Positions 22,514-33,243 of a stretch of 64,000 nucleotides of DNA are shown piece by piece. Under the pieces are notes generated by a model that had not been told where the DNA came from, did no database searches, and saw only the letters and a program-made list of their open reading frames with translations. The position numbers were made by a program, and so were the translations under genes. The stretch is taken from assembly GCA_963701095.1 (NCBI GenBank), contig OY969564.1:1824001-1888000 (forward strand), written 5' to 3'. This DNA comes from an uncultured Methanoregulaceae archaeon (GTDB lineage: Archaea > Halobacteriota > Methanomicrobia > Methanomicrobiales > Methanospirillaceae). Position 1 is the first letter of the stretch. Every line of letters begins with the position of its first letter.

Positions 22514-23371
22514 ATGGTCGTGTCTCCGGAACGTATCCGAGGCTTGCATAAATACGAGAAGGCAATTCTTGTCGCTCTCGAGCGGTATATGAAGCGATAC
22601 GAGTGGGTGCCGCTCGACAGCCTTATGCAGGCAACGGCACTGTCTGAATCTGAAGTTAATTACCGGTTGTCTCGACTGATTTCATGGGGTATGGTCAGAT
22701 TCAATGCAGTGCCGTATGATGGTTATGCTCTGGTCTTTGGCGGGTATGATACCCTCGCCCTGACAACGCTCACCAAAAAAGGGATCATTTCGGCACTGGG
22801 AGCAAAGATTGGTGAGGGAAAAGAGTCCGTAGTGTACGAGGCGCTCGGTCTTGGGCCGGTAGCGATCAAGTTTCACCGGGTTGGTCAGCGTTCGTTTAAT
22901 ACGGCCCGGGTCAACCGTGAATATATCCCTGAAACTGGCTGCTGCCCTTGGCTTTTTGCCTCAAGGCTCTCGGCTGAACGCGAGTATATGGCGTTATGTA
23001 CCCTGCATCCGAAGGTATCAGTTCCGCTTCCTATAGGCCAGAACCGGAATGCTGTGGTCATGGCAAAGATTTGCGGGCCAGGGCTCTCCCGGTGCCGGCT
23101 CGAGGACCCTGCTGCCACTCTTGAATCAATCATCGCAAATGTCCGGTCTTCGTACCAGGCCGGCATTATTCACGCTGATCTTTCAGAATTCAATATCCTC
23201 ATGGAAGAGGGCAAATGTGTTCTTATCGACTGGCCACAATGGATGGAGACCTCCCACCCAAATGCTATGGAAATTCTTTCACGCGATATTGGTAATATCC
23301 TGTCCTTCTTTGAACGGAAGTACAAACTGGATTATGACATCGGGGAAGCTCTGCGATGCGTGACCGGCTGA
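22514..23371 (+). CDS. rio2: RIO2-type atypical Ser kinase
   Basis: N-terminal wHTH with GYDTLAL, GEGKES, IHADLSEFNI, IDWPQ. Confidence 0.93.
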   Translation: MVVSPERIRGLHKYEKAILVALERYMKRYEWVPLDSLMQATALSESEVNYRLSRLISWGMVRFNAVPYDGYALVFGGYDTLALTTLTKKGIISALGAKIGEGKESVVYEALGLGPVAIKFHRVGQRSFNTARVNREYIPETGCCPWLFASRLSAEREYMALCTLHPKVSVPLPIGQNRNAVVMAKICGPGLSRCRLEDPAATLESIIANVRSSYQAGIIHADLSEFNILMEEGKCVLIDWPQWMETSHPNAMEILSRDIGNILSFFERKYKLDYDIGEALRCVTG

Positions 23372-25331
23372 GTGTTTTTGGGATCGATATCATAAAAGGC
23401 TCGGTGAGATCTCGATCCCGCAGACCGATGTATGCTCTTGTCAGGCTCGTTGGGCACGAGATAGTCAGCGAGACTACTGTTTCGATGTTCCGGCTTTTCC
23501 GGTTGCTAACTGAGGAAACGCCAGACATCCTTGCGGTAGATAGCCTGCAGGAGATCGCGACTGATCAACACGAGCTCTTCTTTTTTTTGCAAGGTCTTCC
23601 GCCACAGACAAAACTTGTTCAGGTAACCGGTGGTGAGAAAAAGGAGACTCTGGGCAAGGTTGCCGCCCGGTTCAATATCGGCTTTGACCGGTTCGATCCG
23701 TTTGCCGAAGCCCGGACAACGGCCAGAGTGGCTGCGTTAGGAGCCGGGGCAGAAGTTATTGCGTTTGAAAATGAGAGTGAGATCGTAGTAAGCCGGCACC
23801 GTTCCCCTGGTCGTGGTGGATGGAGCCAGAACCGGTATGTCCGAAAGATTCATGGTGCAGTCAGAGCTCAAAGGCCGCGAGATCGAGATGCAGCTTTCAG
23901 CAGCCGGGCTTCGGTACGAGAAAAAAGAGACCAAAGCGTTTGGGGGATGCAGTCGTGTGGTCTTCCGGGTTTTCGCTGTCAGGAGCCAGGTGCAAGTTTC
24001 TACATATCGTGGCGCCGACGTTCAGGTGAGAGTTAGTGGCAAACGCCTCGAGAGGATCCGGTTCCGTCCGCTCTCCGGGAAACCAAGGTACCTAATCGTA
24101 GGTATCGATCCTGGCACGACAACAGCAATCGCCGTTCTCGATCTTGATGGCAATATCCTCCATCTTGAAAGTTCCCGGCAGATGAATATGTCCGGTGTAA
24201 TTGAGGTTTTATACCGGATTGGAAAACCACTTGTTATTGCTTCAGATGTACAGGAGATGCCGTACTCCGTGGAGAAGATCAGAAGGGCATTCTCGGCTGT
24301 ATCTTATACACCACGGCAGGACACTAGCGTAGAGTCCAAACTTGCACTCACTGCTGGACATCCGTATGAAAATGTTCATGAGCGGGACGCCCTTGCTGCA
24401 GCGCTCATTGCAAATCTCCAGTACCAGAACAAGTTCCGGAACCTCGTCAAAAGGGTACCTCCAGGCCATGATCTTGATGAAGTCAGGGCCCGGGTAATCC
24501 GGGGTCAGGCACTTGACCAGGTACTTATTGACCTGAATGCAGTCGTACCTGCAACTCCTGCGGAAGAAGCCCCTGCGGCCCCGATCCAAGCCCGGCATGA
24601 TGAACGTGTCCGAATGCTCGATGGAATGGTAAAACGGCTGCGTACATATATAGCTGAACTTCAGGAAGAGATCAAGGCTAAAGAATATGAGATCCACCGC
24701 CTTCAGGCACGGCTCCGTAATATGAACGATCGCCGGGAAGAACAGATAGCAAAAGACGGGGAAGTAGCAAAACGCGACGCAATCATCCAGAGCCTGAAAA
24801 AAAGACTCAGGAAAGAGGAACGTCACAGCCGAACGCTCGCAAAACGAGTGGAACGGATCAGGACATTTGCCGAGCTCTCTGTTGATGGCGCGGCACTTCC
24901 GGTTAAGGTTCTAGATGCACTCACAAAAGAGGGTTTGCGACGACTCATGGAGGATACCGGCATAAGCGAAGGAGAGATAGTATATGTACAGCGCACTAGC
25001 GGCTGGGGACGCAGTGTGGTCAGGGATCTTGCCGATTTACGTATCCGGGCCCTTATCACGCCTTCTATCGGTGAAAGTGATCCTCAGATACTCACAACGT
25101 TCCGGGAAGCCGGTATTCCTCTTCTAGCTGGAGCTGAATACCGGTGTTCAGGTTCGGGGGAGGCAGGGTCTTGCGCCAAAAGACCGATTCGACGCCACTC
25201 TCCGATTATGGCAGGAAGAACAGGTTCAGTTTTTACGAGAAAAAGAATCCAGCCGGATCGAGCACATGTTCAAGGAGTATAAAAGCGAACGGGGCAAGGA
25301 AGTACGCAAGGGGGGAGTTGACCATGGATGA
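23356..25331 (+). CDS. DUF460 (COG2433) protein with RNase H-like domains and coiled coil; two +1 frameshifts (~23863, ~25138)
   Basis: VFGIDI, GRGGWSQNRY, IVGIDPGTT, HERDALAAA, long coiled coil. Confidence 0.88.
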
Positions 25332-26186
25332 CCGGGAACTTTTAAAAACCGTGATGGCGGTAGTTGGTGAAGAAAATTGCAGAGATGATTGTGCTGTGCT
25401 TTTATGTGGGAACCAGGTGATGGTTGCGACTACAGATATGCTTCATAGGACGACTGATTTCGTGGACGGGATGACTGACTGGCAGATAGGCTGGATGAGC
25501 GCCGCAGTCACTATCAGTGATATCGCGAGCATGGGAGCGGCACCAAAATATGTTCTTATCGCTGTTGGACTTTCCCGTTGGGAACAACTTTCCGGTATTA
25601 TGCAGGGAGCACAGGACTGCTGCAAAAAATACGGTGCCGCAATTGTCGGGGGAGACATTGACCACCATGATGAACTCACCGTGGTAACTACTGGTCTGGG
25701 GCTTACCGATCAACGATATCTCGTCCACCGCACCGGCGCCAGACCCGGAGATCTCGTATGTATCACCGGGATACCCGGTCAGGCACAAGCATGGCTTGAA
25801 GGGTACCTGCAGTTCGAAAAAGCGCTTTTCGAGCCTCAACCCCGGTGAAAGAAGGCCAAAAACTTGCCCGCCGGGGAGTTTCAGCGATGATGGACGATAG
25901 TGACGGCATTGCACTCTCTCTCTACGATCTTTTGAGTGTCAATTCCTGTGGATTCTCTGTTGATCCTGAAAAACTGCCTCTTCCTTCGGGCATCCCGGAG
26001 GAGAAAGCGAGGAAATTTGCGTTATATGGCGGAGGGGATTATGAGCTCATTTTTACCCTGCCTCCTGAAAAATTTCCAATACCTGAAGTGCCATGTACTG
26101 TAATCGGAAAAGCGATCCCGGAAAAGGTCGTGATCGCCGGAGGGAAATCCATGGAAAAACGAGGGTATCAGCATAAGTGGACATGA
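25324..26186 (+). CDS. thiL: Thiamine-monophosphate kinase; -1 frameshift near 25844
   Basis: DDCAV, TTDML, ISDIASMGA, GGD, P(R)V, MMDDSDG, GGDYEL, GYQH. Confidence 0.93.
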
Positions 26187-26269
26187 CCCCTAACGAACAA
26201 ATGGCTTACGGAGTCTCTTAATACAAATAACAAAAGATACTGATCAGAAACAGTCCTAATCTACCCACT

Positions 26270-26728
26270 ATGGATCCACTGGAAAACAAACTTGATCGCC
26301 TTTCTCCCGAGCAACGCCGGGAAGTTGAGGATTTTGTAGATTTTCTGATCCAGCGGGCGGAGGGTATCCGGGTGACAATCCAGCTGGCATCGCATGATGC
26401 TTCCCAGCCATTAAAATCTGTTGCTCCACCACTCATTTCTCCTGATCCGATTTTGTCAGATGACGCTTCAGTGCCCCCTATGAGGGATGTGAATAATTCG
26501 TCTGCGGCATTTCCTCCGACCCATGAAGTACTTGTTCATGAGATTGCCGGAACCGATGGAGAAAACACATCTGAGGAGTACTTCGAATACGGAAAATTCG
26601 AGAAATCACCCTCACCGGCGCTATTTCCTCCCTCTCCTGCAGATGCGGCAGTGCAGAAGGTCAAGAAAAAACTAATCCAAAAAAGCGAACAGGTGTCAAA
26701 AGACAAGTTCCTCGATTGGATTGATTGA
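26270..26728 (+). CDS. Hypothetical protein with N-terminal DUF2281-like motif
   Basis: LSPEQRREVEDFVDFL, Pro/Ser-rich linker, C-terminal FLDWID. Confidence 0.7.
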   Translation: MDPLENKLDRLSPEQRREVEDFVDFLIQRAEGIRVTIQLASHDASQPLKSVAPPLISPDPILSDDASVPPMRDVNNSSAAFPPTHEVLVHEIAGTDGENTSEEYFEYGKFEKSPSPALFPPSPADAAVQKVKKKLIQKSEQVSKDKFLDWID

Positions 26729-26808
26729 AACACCCGCTATTTATAAATGAATTTGCCAGATCGGTGTTTTTCCCTATTGGTATTAAAGAAATTAATCTCG
26801 AAAAATGA

Positions 26809-26880
26809 TGGACTCGACGGGATTCGAACCCGTGGCCTTCACGTTGCAAACGTGACGATCTACCCCTGATCTACGAGCCC
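26809..26880 (-). tRNA. tRNA-Ala(TGC)
   Basis: Cloverleaf GGGCTCG...CGAGTCCA, G3:U70, anticodon loop TTTGCAA. Confidence 0.97.
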
Positions 26881-27218
26881 TTTGTGCGGCATATACTTTT
26901 TCCGCCGATTCCATATAGTTGTTACTGATCGTGCCAGAAAATCTTCATGAGAATCTTCCTCTCTCTTAAGGCTGCTTCCGATAGAGCGAATGAACAGTGG
27001 CAATCGCCCCTAAAATCACTGCAATACTGCCAATCACTGCTGATATGACTGTAGGCCCGTCCAGATCGAAGAGTTTTCTGTCGGAACCGTCGTACCAAAA
27101 CAGGTGTTGGTACCACAAGGTTGCGGATAGAGAGTGATCCGAATGCGGTTGTAGCCTCACGTTTACAACCTGAACAGAAGTTTCGAAGCCAGACTTATTT
27201 TAATTTAAGGAAAACAGA

Positions 27219-27290
27219 TGGACCCGGCGGGAATTGAACCCGCGGCCTTTACGTTGCGAACGTAACGATCTACCCCTGATCTACGAGCCC
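27219..27290 (-). tRNA. tRNA-Ala(CGC)
   Basis: Cloverleaf GGGCTCG...CGGGTCCA, G3:U70, anticodon loop TTCGCAA. Confidence 0.97.
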
Positions 27291-27400
27291 GGTATATGTT
27301 TGGATTATAATGTTTTAACTCTGGCAATATAGTTATTGTCGTCTTGCAATGCAATACACCACTGACAGATCATACGAAGGGACTAAAAAAGGAATTGGTA

Positions 27401-28405
27401 TCAGAGGATAATCTCGATGTCGAGCTTCTCTGCAAGTTCCTTGTACCGGTTCCGGATAGTTACTTCTGTGACCCCGGCAACCTCCGCCACTTCACGCTGA
27501 GTCCGCCTTTCGCCGCCGAGAATGGACGAGATATAGATGGCTGCAGCGGCAACGCCGGTCGGACCTCTTCCGCTCGTCAGCTCGCGTTCCCCTGCCTGCC
27601 TCAGGATTTCAACTGCCCGGCTCTGGACCTCTCCTTTCAGCGTGAGGCCGGAACAGAATCGGGGCACATAATCGATGGGGGAGGTCGGAAGCAGCTTTAA
27701 TCCTAGTTCACGGGAAATAAATCGGTAGGTTCTGCCAATTTCTTTTCTTGAAACCCGTGATACTTCAGCAATTTCATCTAGAGTTCGGGGCACACTACAT
27801 TGACGGCAGGCCGCGTATAATGCAGCTGCCGCGACTCCTTCGATACTTCGACCACGTATCAGGTTTTTATCAACTGCATCACGATACACCACTGCAGCGG
27901 TCTCCCTTACATTTCGTGGAAGACCGAGCGCTGATGCCATACGGTCAAGTTCCGATAATGCAAAGGCAAGGTTTCTTTCTGTTGCGTTGCTTACACGGAT
28001 CCGGCGCTGCCATTTGCGGAGACGATAAAGCTGGGCACGGTTTTTCGAAGAGATTGCCCGGCCATACGAATCCCGGTTTCTCCAATCGATCATTGTCGAG
28101 AGCCCTTTATCGTGAATGGTAAAGGTCATCGGGGCACCGACACGGGATCGTTTCATCCGCTGGTCATGGTCGAATGCACGCCATTCGGGGCCGCGGTCGA
28201 TGAAGTCATCATCGATTACGAGTCCACACGCTTGGCATACCAGCTCCGCGCGTTCGTAATCATGGACAAGCTGTCTGCTTCCACATTCCGGGCAAACGGT
28301 TTCGGTATGATTTTCTGCCTTCTTTTCCTGCTCTTTAACTTTTATTCGGGATTTAAGCGCTTCTCTCTCACTCTGGAGAAGTTTTAATTTCTCAACTTCC
28401 TGCAT
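27401..28405 (-). CDS. tfb: Transcription initiation factor IIB
   Basis: Zn ribbon CPECG..CQACG, GPEWRAF, two cyclin repeats, [13 protein letters not shown]. Confidence 0.99.
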   Translation of the reverse strand: MQEVEKLKLLQSEREALKSRIKVKEQEKKAENHTETVCPECGSRQLVHDYERAELVCQACGLVIDDDFIDRGPEWRAFDHDQRMKRSRVGAPMTFTIHDKGLSTMIDWRNRDSYGRAISSKNRAQLYRLRKWQRRIRVSNATERNLAFALSELDRMASALGLPRNVRETAAVVYRDAVDKNLIRGRSIEGVAAAALYAACRQCSVPRTLDEIAEVSRVSRKEIGRTYRFISRELGLKLLPTSPIDYVPRFCSGLTLKGEVQSRAVEILRQAGERELTSGRGPTGVAAAAIYISSILGGERRTQREVAEVAGVTEVTIRNRYKELAEKLDIEIIL

Positions 28406-28420
28406 CCGGATTCACCAATT

Positions 28421-28699
28421 TTATCTTGTTATTGTTCTGGGCGTTCTCACGTGGGGGGTTGCGGAGGCGTGGGACTCCTTCGCATAGACTTTCTCGCCAA
28501 CTTTGACGCAGCATGGACCGTGGGAAAGGATAAGGGCATATGGCAGTTTTACGTTCCCGAAGACATCCATGATCTTGCCCACTGGTTTTGTCTTCCGATC
28601 CATTACTTCACTATACAACCCCGGGAGCTGGGCGGCATCACACTGAATGATAAGCATCCTGCTTCCGTAGGTGCTCATCGCTCGGCCAATAACTTTCAC
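28421..28699 (-). CDS. gar1: H/ACA RNP protein Gar1/Naf1 family
   Basis: VGKIMDVFGNVKLPY; adjacent to tfb; GTG start after GAGG. Confidence 0.85.
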   Translation of the reverse strand: MKVIGRAMSTYGSRMLIIQCDAAQLPGLYSEVMDRKTKPVGKIMDVFGNVKLPYALILSHGPCCVKVGEKVYAKESHASATPHVRTPRTITR

Positions 28700-28805
28700 A
28701 CAACAACCTCGAAGGGGGGTATACAAAGTACTAATGTAGTTTAGTAATCTATATATGTAAGACTCTACGGTATTTAAATTTTCCGTGAAAGTATAAATAG
28801 AAATT

Positions 28806-29459
28806 TCAGAATCGGAGGAACTGATCGATATTTAAAGATATAATTTCAGCGGTTTCTGACAAGGTCAACCCTGCACCTATTGCGACATTTTCTTTGCTTT
28901 TTTTGTCGAGCAAATCATATGGAGAATGTGCATCCGAATCTACAACAAGCTGGCACGAAACTTCGCGGGCAATACGGACTACGTGGCCATTAGTACGGTT
29001 GTGCCCGCCGCGTGATGTGATCTCCAGGGCGATACCGTTTTCCTGTGCGAGCCGAGCATCTTCATGTGATATCAGGCCCGGGTGGGCAAGTACATTAACA
29101 TCAGGACAAGTACAGGCTGCATGATTGGTGCCAGGTGCTACTGGTTCAACGGTCGTCTCTCCGTGAACAACGATGATTTCTGCTCCAGCTTTCCGGGCTT
29201 GCCGGGCGACTGAGGCGATTTGAGATGGAGGTACATGAGTGATCTCGACACCGCACAGAAGTCTGATGCCAAAAAGCCGGGCGGACTCCTGCACTTCGAG
29301 GAGTGTCGTCACAACCGGTGTGGCATTGGATGTATCGACATGGTCGGTAATAGCGACAGTAGAATACCCTATTACTGCCATACGCCTCACCAGTTCAGTG
29401 GGAAGCATTTCGCCATCTGAAAGGATAGTATGCGTATGGAGATCATATAATCCGGTCAT
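28806..29459 (-). CDS. PHP-domain phosphoesterase
   Basis: DLHTHTILSDG, ITDH, VHGE, LAHPG, DSDAH. Confidence 0.92.
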   Translation of the reverse strand: MTGLYDLHTHTILSDGEMLPTELVRRMAVIGYSTVAITDHVDTSNATPVVTTLLEVQESARLFGIRLLCGVEITHVPPSQIASVARQARKAGAEIIVVHGETTVEPVAPGTNHAACTCPDVNVLAHPGLISHEDARLAQENGIALEITSRGGHNRTNGHVVRIAREVSCQLVVDSDAHSPYDLLDKKSKENVAIGAGLTLSETAEIISLNIDQFLRF

Positions 29460-29731
29460 CGTTTTAACTCCATAGCGCGGGCGACTTTCTTAATGAGCGC
29501 TTCTTTTTTCCCTGTCCAGGTTGCTACAACTCTTCCCTCGTGCCGGAACCAGTGAGCCGGGTGGTGGTGCTCTTCGATCTGGCTTGAAATATCCAAGCGT
29601 TTTAATGCCCTCTCGATATCGCCAGCACTTGGCCCTTTCGCGCCCAGAGAACGGGGAACCCTGCGTCCCTCTTCTCGGGAGAGTGTTGCGTTGAAATAGC
29701 AGGGATACAGGATGCGCTCGCCTTTATCCAT
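29456..29731 (-). CDS. srp19: Signal recognition particle 19 kDa protein
   Basis: LYPCYFNATLSREEGRRVP, GRV. Confidence 0.93.
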   Translation of the reverse strand: MDKGERILYPCYFNATLSREEGRRVPRSLGAKGPSAGDIERALKRLDISSQIEEHHHPAHWFRHEGRVVATWTGKKEALIKKVARAMELKR

Positions 29732-29780
29732 CGTTTAAACGTATGAGGGTCAAGATATAAACACTGTCCGCTCAAAAAGT

Positions 29781-30434
29781 ATGGGTATGCACCATATCGA
29801 CGTCAGGATGGAAAAAGATGTTTACGACGTCAATAACGCGATTGCCGATGAAAATGCCCGGCACCTGAAGGGTCATGGGATACGTGCCTTTGATCTGCTT
29901 GGCGCTATTGGCTCGGGAAAGACTGCACTTATTGAGCGTCTCGTTCCCTTACTTAAAGAAAAGGGGCTCCGGGCCGGCGCTATCGCCGGCGATGTTTATG
30001 GCGATGATGATTTTCAGAGGATCATAAAACAAGGGATTCCTGCTTATAACGCAAATACCGGCAAAGAGTGCCACCTCGATGCGCACCTTGTGGAACATGC
30101 TATTGAGCACCTACCTCTCAATGATATCGATATTTTGTTTATCGAAAACGTTGGTAATATGGTCTGCCCCACAGACTTCCGGCTTGGAGCGGAAAAAAGG
30201 ATAGTAATCGTCAGCTCAACTGAAGGTGACGATGTCGTCAATAAACACCCTATGATGTTCAGGGATTGCACAATTGGTGTCATCAACAAGGTTGACCTCG
30301 CACCCCTTGTCGGAGCGAATATTACTCGGATGGAAGCCGATATCCACCGATACAACCCGAAGATGCCGGTTTTTAAAACCAATATGAAAACAGGAGAAAA
30401 TGTTGCAGAGCTTCTTGATGCCATCCTGGCTTAA
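29781..30434 (+). CDS. hypB: Hydrogenase nickel incorporation GTPase HypB
   Basis: GAIGSGKT, CHLDAH, ENVGNMVCP, EGDD, NKVD. Confidence 0.97.
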   Translation: MGMHHIDVRMEKDVYDVNNAIADENARHLKGHGIRAFDLLGAIGSGKTALIERLVPLLKEKGLRAGAIAGDVYGDDDFQRIIKQGIPAYNANTGKECHLDAHLVEHAIEHLPLNDIDILFIENVGNMVCPTDFRLGAEKRIVIVSSTEGDDVVNKHPMMFRDCTIGVINKVDLAPLVGANITRMEADIHRYNPKMPVFKTNMKTGENVAELLDAILA

Positions 30435-30464
30435 TAAAGAAATGAATCCCTGATTGGGAAATAG

Positions 30465-30472
30465 TATAAATA
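30465..30472 (+). promoter_or_regulatory. TATA box of rps8e
   Basis: TATAAATA preceded by purine-rich BRE-like GGGAAATAG. Confidence 0.6.
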
Positions 30473-30549
30473 ACTCCGGAGGGGAATATGTATAGCACCA
30501 TTTCCGGAAAAAGAAATGGTTCCGGAAAAAATCATAAAGGAGTAATACT

Positions 30550-30927
30550 ATGCTCTGGCAGGGAGAATCAATACGGAAGGTAACCGGTGGCAGGCGCCGT
30601 CCGGCACAGGGAAAGCGGAGATTTGAAATTGGGCTCGCACCAGCTGACACCCATATTGGCGAAGAACGGTCAAAAATTGTCAGGATCACGGGCGGAAACA
30701 CCAAAGTCAGATCAATGCGTGCACAATATGCAAATGTCACCCGTCTGTCTAATGGAGAAACTAAAAAAGTAAAGATTGAGAATGTTGAAGAAAACGGGGC
30801 AAACCCAAACTACGTCCGGCGGAACCTTCTCACAAAAGGCGCGATTGTCAAGACAGAGATAGGACGTGCCCGGATCATGAGCCGCCCCGGTCAGGACGGC
30901 ATCATTAACGCAGTGTTACTCGAATAA
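30550..30927 (+). CDS. rps8e: 30S ribosomal protein S8e
   Basis: TGGR, KRRFEIG, RRNLLTKGAI, SRPGQDG. Confidence 0.98.
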   Translation: MLWQGESIRKVTGGRRRPAQGKRRFEIGLAPADTHIGEERSKIVRITGGNTKVRSMRAQYANVTRLSNGETKKVKIENVEENGANPNYVRRNLLTKGAIVKTEIGRARIMSRPGQDGIINAVLLE

Positions 30928-31043
30928 ATGACAATGTATATTCTTTTTTCTCGTATTGAGTAATTGGTTCCGATTGGGCAAAGATCTAGCATAAAGGATT
31001 GCATCAATTGTTTTTTTAGGTTATACTATCTCATAATTTAACC

Positions 31044-31466
31044 ATGCGAAGGATCTATTATCGTTACCCGCAGCGGGTGGATCTCTCGTTTGCGATAGGA
31101 ATGACGTTTCCTGAAACCCTGAAATATATATCAGACCTGAATGGACAAGAGTCCACCAAAACAACAGGAAAAGAACTTCTCCGGGTCAGGGTTAAAGTCG
31201 AAATCGCGACCAACCGGGCAGAATTCGGCGATATAACCCCGGATGTCCTGCGCCCCGGTGTCATCACGGAATCTGCCGATCTCAGGATCTCGGTGCTTGC
31301 GCTTGCTCTTCGCGGAACCGGCAAAGTCCCTGTTGCAAACGATGTTTTTTTCGTACGACTCACTGATCAAAACACTTGCACTGACATTGATATTGCAAGG
31401 CAGGACTCTGGTGAAGGATTAGACGCTCTCGACATGAAAAATATTCTTCTGGGAAAATCGAATTGA
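31044..31466 (+). CDS. Hypothetical protein
   Basis: 140-aa ORF overlapping the next gene start (TTGA). Confidence 0.65.
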   Translation: MRRIYYRYPQRVDLSFAIGMTFPETLKYISDLNGQESTKTTGKELLRVRVKVEIATNRAEFGDITPDVLRPGVITESADLRISVLALALRGTGKVPVANDVFFVRLTDQNTCTDIDIARQDSGEGLDALDMKNILLGKSN

Positions 31467-31921
31467 CACTCCAGATCACAGTTGCTGCACCGTTCAGGCA
31501 CACCCGCAAAACCGGCTTACGCAGGAATGAGCTCGTCTATTATTATGCGCTTGACCGTAAATGGATGAGCACAGATCAGGCAGCCGTTTTACTTCGACGG
31601 GCAGAAGAGGCAGGACTTCTCCGGCAGGAGAACGGGATTTTTTCGATCCTTTTCGACCCGGCGGCGGTCACCGTTCCTATTGGGTTCCGGCCCTCTTCTA
31701 CCATTTTCGAAGCAAATGATCCTGCACAAGAGCTTATTTCCAGGATCGCAAAAGCATCAGGTCAGCCGGAAACAGACATTGTTGCGGAGATGAACAAAAT
31801 TATCCGCGACCAGTTCGGCGGAAATCTGCTGCCACCTGCGGCATTGGTGTTTCTTGCAAAAAAATATCGTATTCCCTATGAGGACCTCCGCGAGGCCCTC
31901 ATATCTGCGGTAAAAAAATAA
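31463..31921 (+). CDS. DUF2240 family protein
   Basis: VAAPF, ALDRKWMS.DQA, VPIGFRP. Confidence 0.85.
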   Translation: MTLQITVAAPFRHTRKTGLRRNELVYYYALDRKWMSTDQAAVLLRRAEEAGLLRQENGIFSILFDPAAVTVPIGFRPSSTIFEANDPAQELISRIAKASGQPETDIVAEMNKIIRDQFGGNLLPPAALVFLAKKYRIPYEDLREALISAVKK

Positions 31922-32003
31922 TACCAAGGATAAATACGGTATTTTTTCATTTGGCGCCAGAATTCCCGGAAAATCAATATAATCCAAAGGTCAAAAGATA
32001 CAA

Positions 32004-32535
32004 TATGCAGATGCGCATTCATGGGGGTAGGCGACGCCGGGCACCTGAGACCCCGTGGCTCCTTATTGCTACGATAATCGGTATTGTCGTGGTTTCAGGA
32101 GCTGCATTCACTTACTTTACCAGCGCCGGTGTGTCGTCATCAGGACACGCTTCAACCAGTACGACTACGGTACAAAAGCCTGTAGTCACCCCCGTTACTC
32201 CCGTTGTAACGATAATTCCCCAAATTACTAATATAGCATCAGTAACTCAAAGTCCGGTGAATGTACCGGCAACTGGTGTGGTTATCAGTGTCAGTTATCT
32301 CGGTGGATTCAAAGGCTCGTATACGACCGGGGGGGTCACTACGAATATAACTAATTCGGGGAATCAGTTAATCACGGTGGAAAACGCGACCGGATCATTG
32401 ACAACCACCTTCCAGAAAATGGACGATACGGCAACCCACGCACTTACTGTGACAATCTATGAAAATGGCAAACCGATTGGCACTGACAGTTCAAGTGAGT
32501 CCTACGGCAAAGTCACGATTACGTCGGTTCTGTAG
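32004..32535 (+). CDS. Hypothetical membrane-anchored Thr/Ser-rich protein
   Basis: Basic N-terminus, one TM helix, Thr-rich linker, beta-rich domain; start uncertain. Confidence 0.7.
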
Positions 32536-32624
32536 AAATCGCAGAATTTTTTCAGAAGACAGGTAAAATACCGATCAAAAAACTGATAAGACGCCGCAGA
32601 AAAAAGTATTTTTTTAATGCGGAT

Positions 32625-33064
32625 TTACTTCCGAACTTTTCTCTCTTTTGGTTTATCAGCCTTCTTCTCGCCCTCGGCTCCTTCTACTTTGGGGAACATT
32701 TCATCGAGGGACTTTTCGCCGTACATGGTCACGCGGGCGTTGACCTGAACGAATTCGGGGGTGATCTGATGCGACCGGATCATTTTTCGTCTGCGTTCAC
32801 CATCCATACCCGGTGGAATCCGACACCCTCTGCAAGCAGGAGCTTTCTTCTCCCGGCTCCCGGAAGACTTTTCCTTGCAGGTGTACCTGTTTGATCCGAG
32901 CCCCCGGTAATCAGGATCCTATAACCTGCAAGTCCGAGTTGGGCAGCGTCTAATTCGTCCCCGATCTTTTTCCCCACGATCGCTCCTGCTGCGGCAGTGC
33001 TGGCAACAACATTGTAGGCACGACCTGTTTTTGGGTCTGATACAACAACCTTTAATTCAACCAT
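32625..33064 (-). CDS. rps6e: 30S ribosomal protein S6e; -1 frameshift near 32812
   Basis: KVVVSDPKTG, GKKIGDE, ITGGSD.TG, joined to GERRRKMIR. Confidence 0.95.
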
Positions 33065-33210
33065 GCTTGATTCTCCGTATTGGATATCCCGGAACACTCC
33101 CTAAATCGGGCGTTCCGTTCACTCTCCGGCTTTCCGGCGAAACTACGCCTGTGCACGTGAAGTACCCATGTTATTATACCGATACGCTATTAAACCCTCG
33201 TGTCCGTTAA

Positions 33211-33235
33211 AGGCAAACCTCACCTGATTGCCTTA
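33211..33235 (-). terminator. Hairpin just downstream of infB
   Basis: AAGGCAA...TTGCCTT inverted repeat ~10 nt after the stop codon. Confidence 0.4.
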
Positions 33236-33243
33236 AAAGGTCT

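Noticed and set aside
29732..31043. SRP RNA near srp19/rps8e
   Set aside because: No intergenic gap is long or GC-rich enough for a ~300-nt SRP RNA
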